From a virus, in the UHGV virus genome UHGV-0211273: DNA of 6,981 nt; one strand, written 5' to 3'. Shown piece after piece: positions 6,184 through 6,981 of this stretch (the first letter of the stretch is position 1; every line of letters starts with the position of its first letter). Position numbers and translations under genes: made by a program. Below the pieces are notes generated by a model, which worked only from the letters and a program-made list of their open reading frames with translations, was not told the origin of the DNA and searched no databases.

Positions 6184-6453
6184 TCACTCCTCCCTTTCCG
6201 GTGCGCCGCAGTAGACACACTCGCCGCCGTCATAGTCATGGCCGGTGTCAGCGCACACGGCCTCTTCAACCTCGCCCGCCTCGTCGTCGGCGTGTTCGTC
6301 CGCGTCCTGGTCCTCGCGGTCCTCAAAGAAGCCTGCGATCTTGTCGACACACCACCGTCCGAACCAAGGGAGTGCCATCAGCGTGCCGGCACCGACAATT
6401 GCTGCAACCACCTGTGCGACGGATAGCCCTAGGAATACCCCACTGAAGTCCAT
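6184..6453 (-). CDS. Major-coat-protein paralog with acidic Cys/His C-terminal extension, 89 aa
   Basis: First 44 aa align without gaps to the major coat protein (20/44 identical by hand count); tail has 20 D/E in 46 aa and C-x4-H-x6-C-x2-C. Confidence 0.85.
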   Translation of the reverse strand: MDFSGVFLGLSVAQVVAAIVGAGTLMALPWFGRWCVDKIAGFFEDREDQDADEHADDEAGEVEEAVCADTGHDYDGGECVYCGAPEREE

Positions 6454-6462
6454 CACCCACCC

Positions 6463-6600
6463 CTAGTAGTCGATGACGGCGCGGCACTCCATGCACCACA
6501 GGTTCCCGTCGTCCAACACGGTCACGTCATCGCCACCACACTCAGGGCACCAATCGTCTTGGCACTCATCGGGGCTCACGTCATCGGGCTGTGTCTGCAT
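6463..6600 (-). CDS. Acidic zinc-ribbon microprotein, 45 aa (not in ORF track)
   Basis: MQTQPDDVSPDECQDDWCPECGGDDVTVLDDGNLWCMECRAVIDY; CPEC-x14-CMEC; fills the gap between the two coat-like genes. Confidence 0.75.
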   Translation of the reverse strand: MQTQPDDVSPDECQDDWCPECGGDDVTVLDDGNLWCMECRAVIDY

Positions 6601-6607
6601 AGGAATC

Positions 6608-6627
6608 GGGGCCGGTTTCCCAGCCCC
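6608..6627 (-). promoter_or_regulatory. GAAA-tetraloop hairpin downstream of the major coat gene (partial terminator, mRNA stabiliser or RBS-bridging element)
   Basis: GGGGCTGG-GAAA-CCGGCCCC, 8-bp stem with one G-U pair, followed by GATTCCT-ATG. Confidence 0.6.
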
Positions 6628-6650
6628 TCCCCGTCACAATTCTCCCGCGA

Positions 6651-6785
6651 TCAGCGGAAGAAGGTGGCGACCTTGTTGGTCGCCCAGCGGGCAAAGCCCG
6701 GGGATGCCTTGATGGCACCTGCGCTGATGATTGCGCTGACTGCGCTGGCGGCTGCGAGGCCGGTCAGAATGTCGCCGAAGTCCAT
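6651..6785 (-). CDS. gVIII: Major coat protein pVIII, 44 aa, no signal peptide (not in ORF track)
   Basis: MDFGDILTGLAAASAVSAIISAGAIKASPGFARWATNKVATFFR: acidic N-terminus, hydrophobic core, basic C-terminus; strongest SD (AAAGGAG); followed by a hairpin. Confidence 0.9.
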   Translation of the reverse strand: MDFGDILTGLAAASAVSAIISAGAIKASPGFARWATNKVATFFR

Positions 6786-6831
6786 TGCACTGCTCCTTTG
6801 TTGTGCGCGTTGTGCGCGTTAGATGGGGTGG

Positions 6832-6981
6832 TCAATCCCGCTCTGTACTGACCGACTTCACGACGGCGCCCACGATGTAGCCCAGCACGTTCAGTGCGAG
6901 CACCAGCGTGAACACCCCCGAGAACCAACCAGTGGCCACTTCCGGTTCGGGCCACTGGAATAGATCGATGAGGATTGAGGC
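6832..6981 (-). CDS. 3' part of the 85-aa minor coat protein that begins at 108
   Basis: ASILIDLFQWPEPEVATGWFSGVFTLVLALNVLGYIVGAVVKSVSTERD-stop; C-terminal TM segment; frame starts exactly at 6981. Confidence 0.8.
   Translation of the reverse strand, partial: ASILIDLFQWPEPEVATGWFSGVFTLVLALNVLGYIVGAVVKSVSTERD

Larger units (their letters stand above)
1..6981 (-). mobile_element. Filamentous phage (Inoviridae) genome, apparently complete and circular, Xer/dif-integrating, Xanthomonadaceae type
   Basis: Canonical gene order rep - ssb - minor coat - major coat - pIII - pVI - Zot; intact dif-like attP; an ORF continuous across the window ends; no host genes. Confidence 0.95.

Noticed and set aside
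6600..6653. Readthrough of the gVIII stop into the zinc-ribbon gene
   Set aside because: The two genes are in different frames, and the zinc-ribbon frame has a stop upstream of its ATG
6800..6820. 9-bp tandem duplication GTTGTGCGC upstream of the gVIII RBS
   Set aside because: Only two copies and no evident function; probably slippage
6764..6955. 63-aa ORF from the track
   Set aside because: Overlaps out of frame both the minor coat gene and gVIII, which are much better supported

Overview
The window looks like an entire ~7.0 kb filamentous phage (inovirus) genome of the Xanthomonadaceae type (Stenotrophomonas/Xanthomonas; the host is inferred). It appears circular, because a minor-coat-like gene runs in frame across the 1/6981 junction. 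Nearly all genes are on the minus strand, in this order: two small membrane proteins, a Rep_trans initiator with a double-strand-origin hairpin in its 5' end, ssDNA-binding protein, minor coat protein, 44-aa major coat protein, 45-aa acidic zinc-ribbon protein, a major-coat paralog with an acidic Cys/His tail, a 27-aa hydrophobic peptide, pIII, pVI, Zot/pI ATPase and a secreted Cys-containing protein. A divergent plus-strand pair encodes an HTH repressor that contains the dif-like attP and a DUF3653 (XafT-like) protein. The divergent region has an operator array, a sigma70-like promoter and a structured leader. The most unusual part is the cassette between the major coat gene and pIII. Five real-looking genes are absent from the supplied ORF track. 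All family assignments come from motif recognition and synteny, not from database searches.
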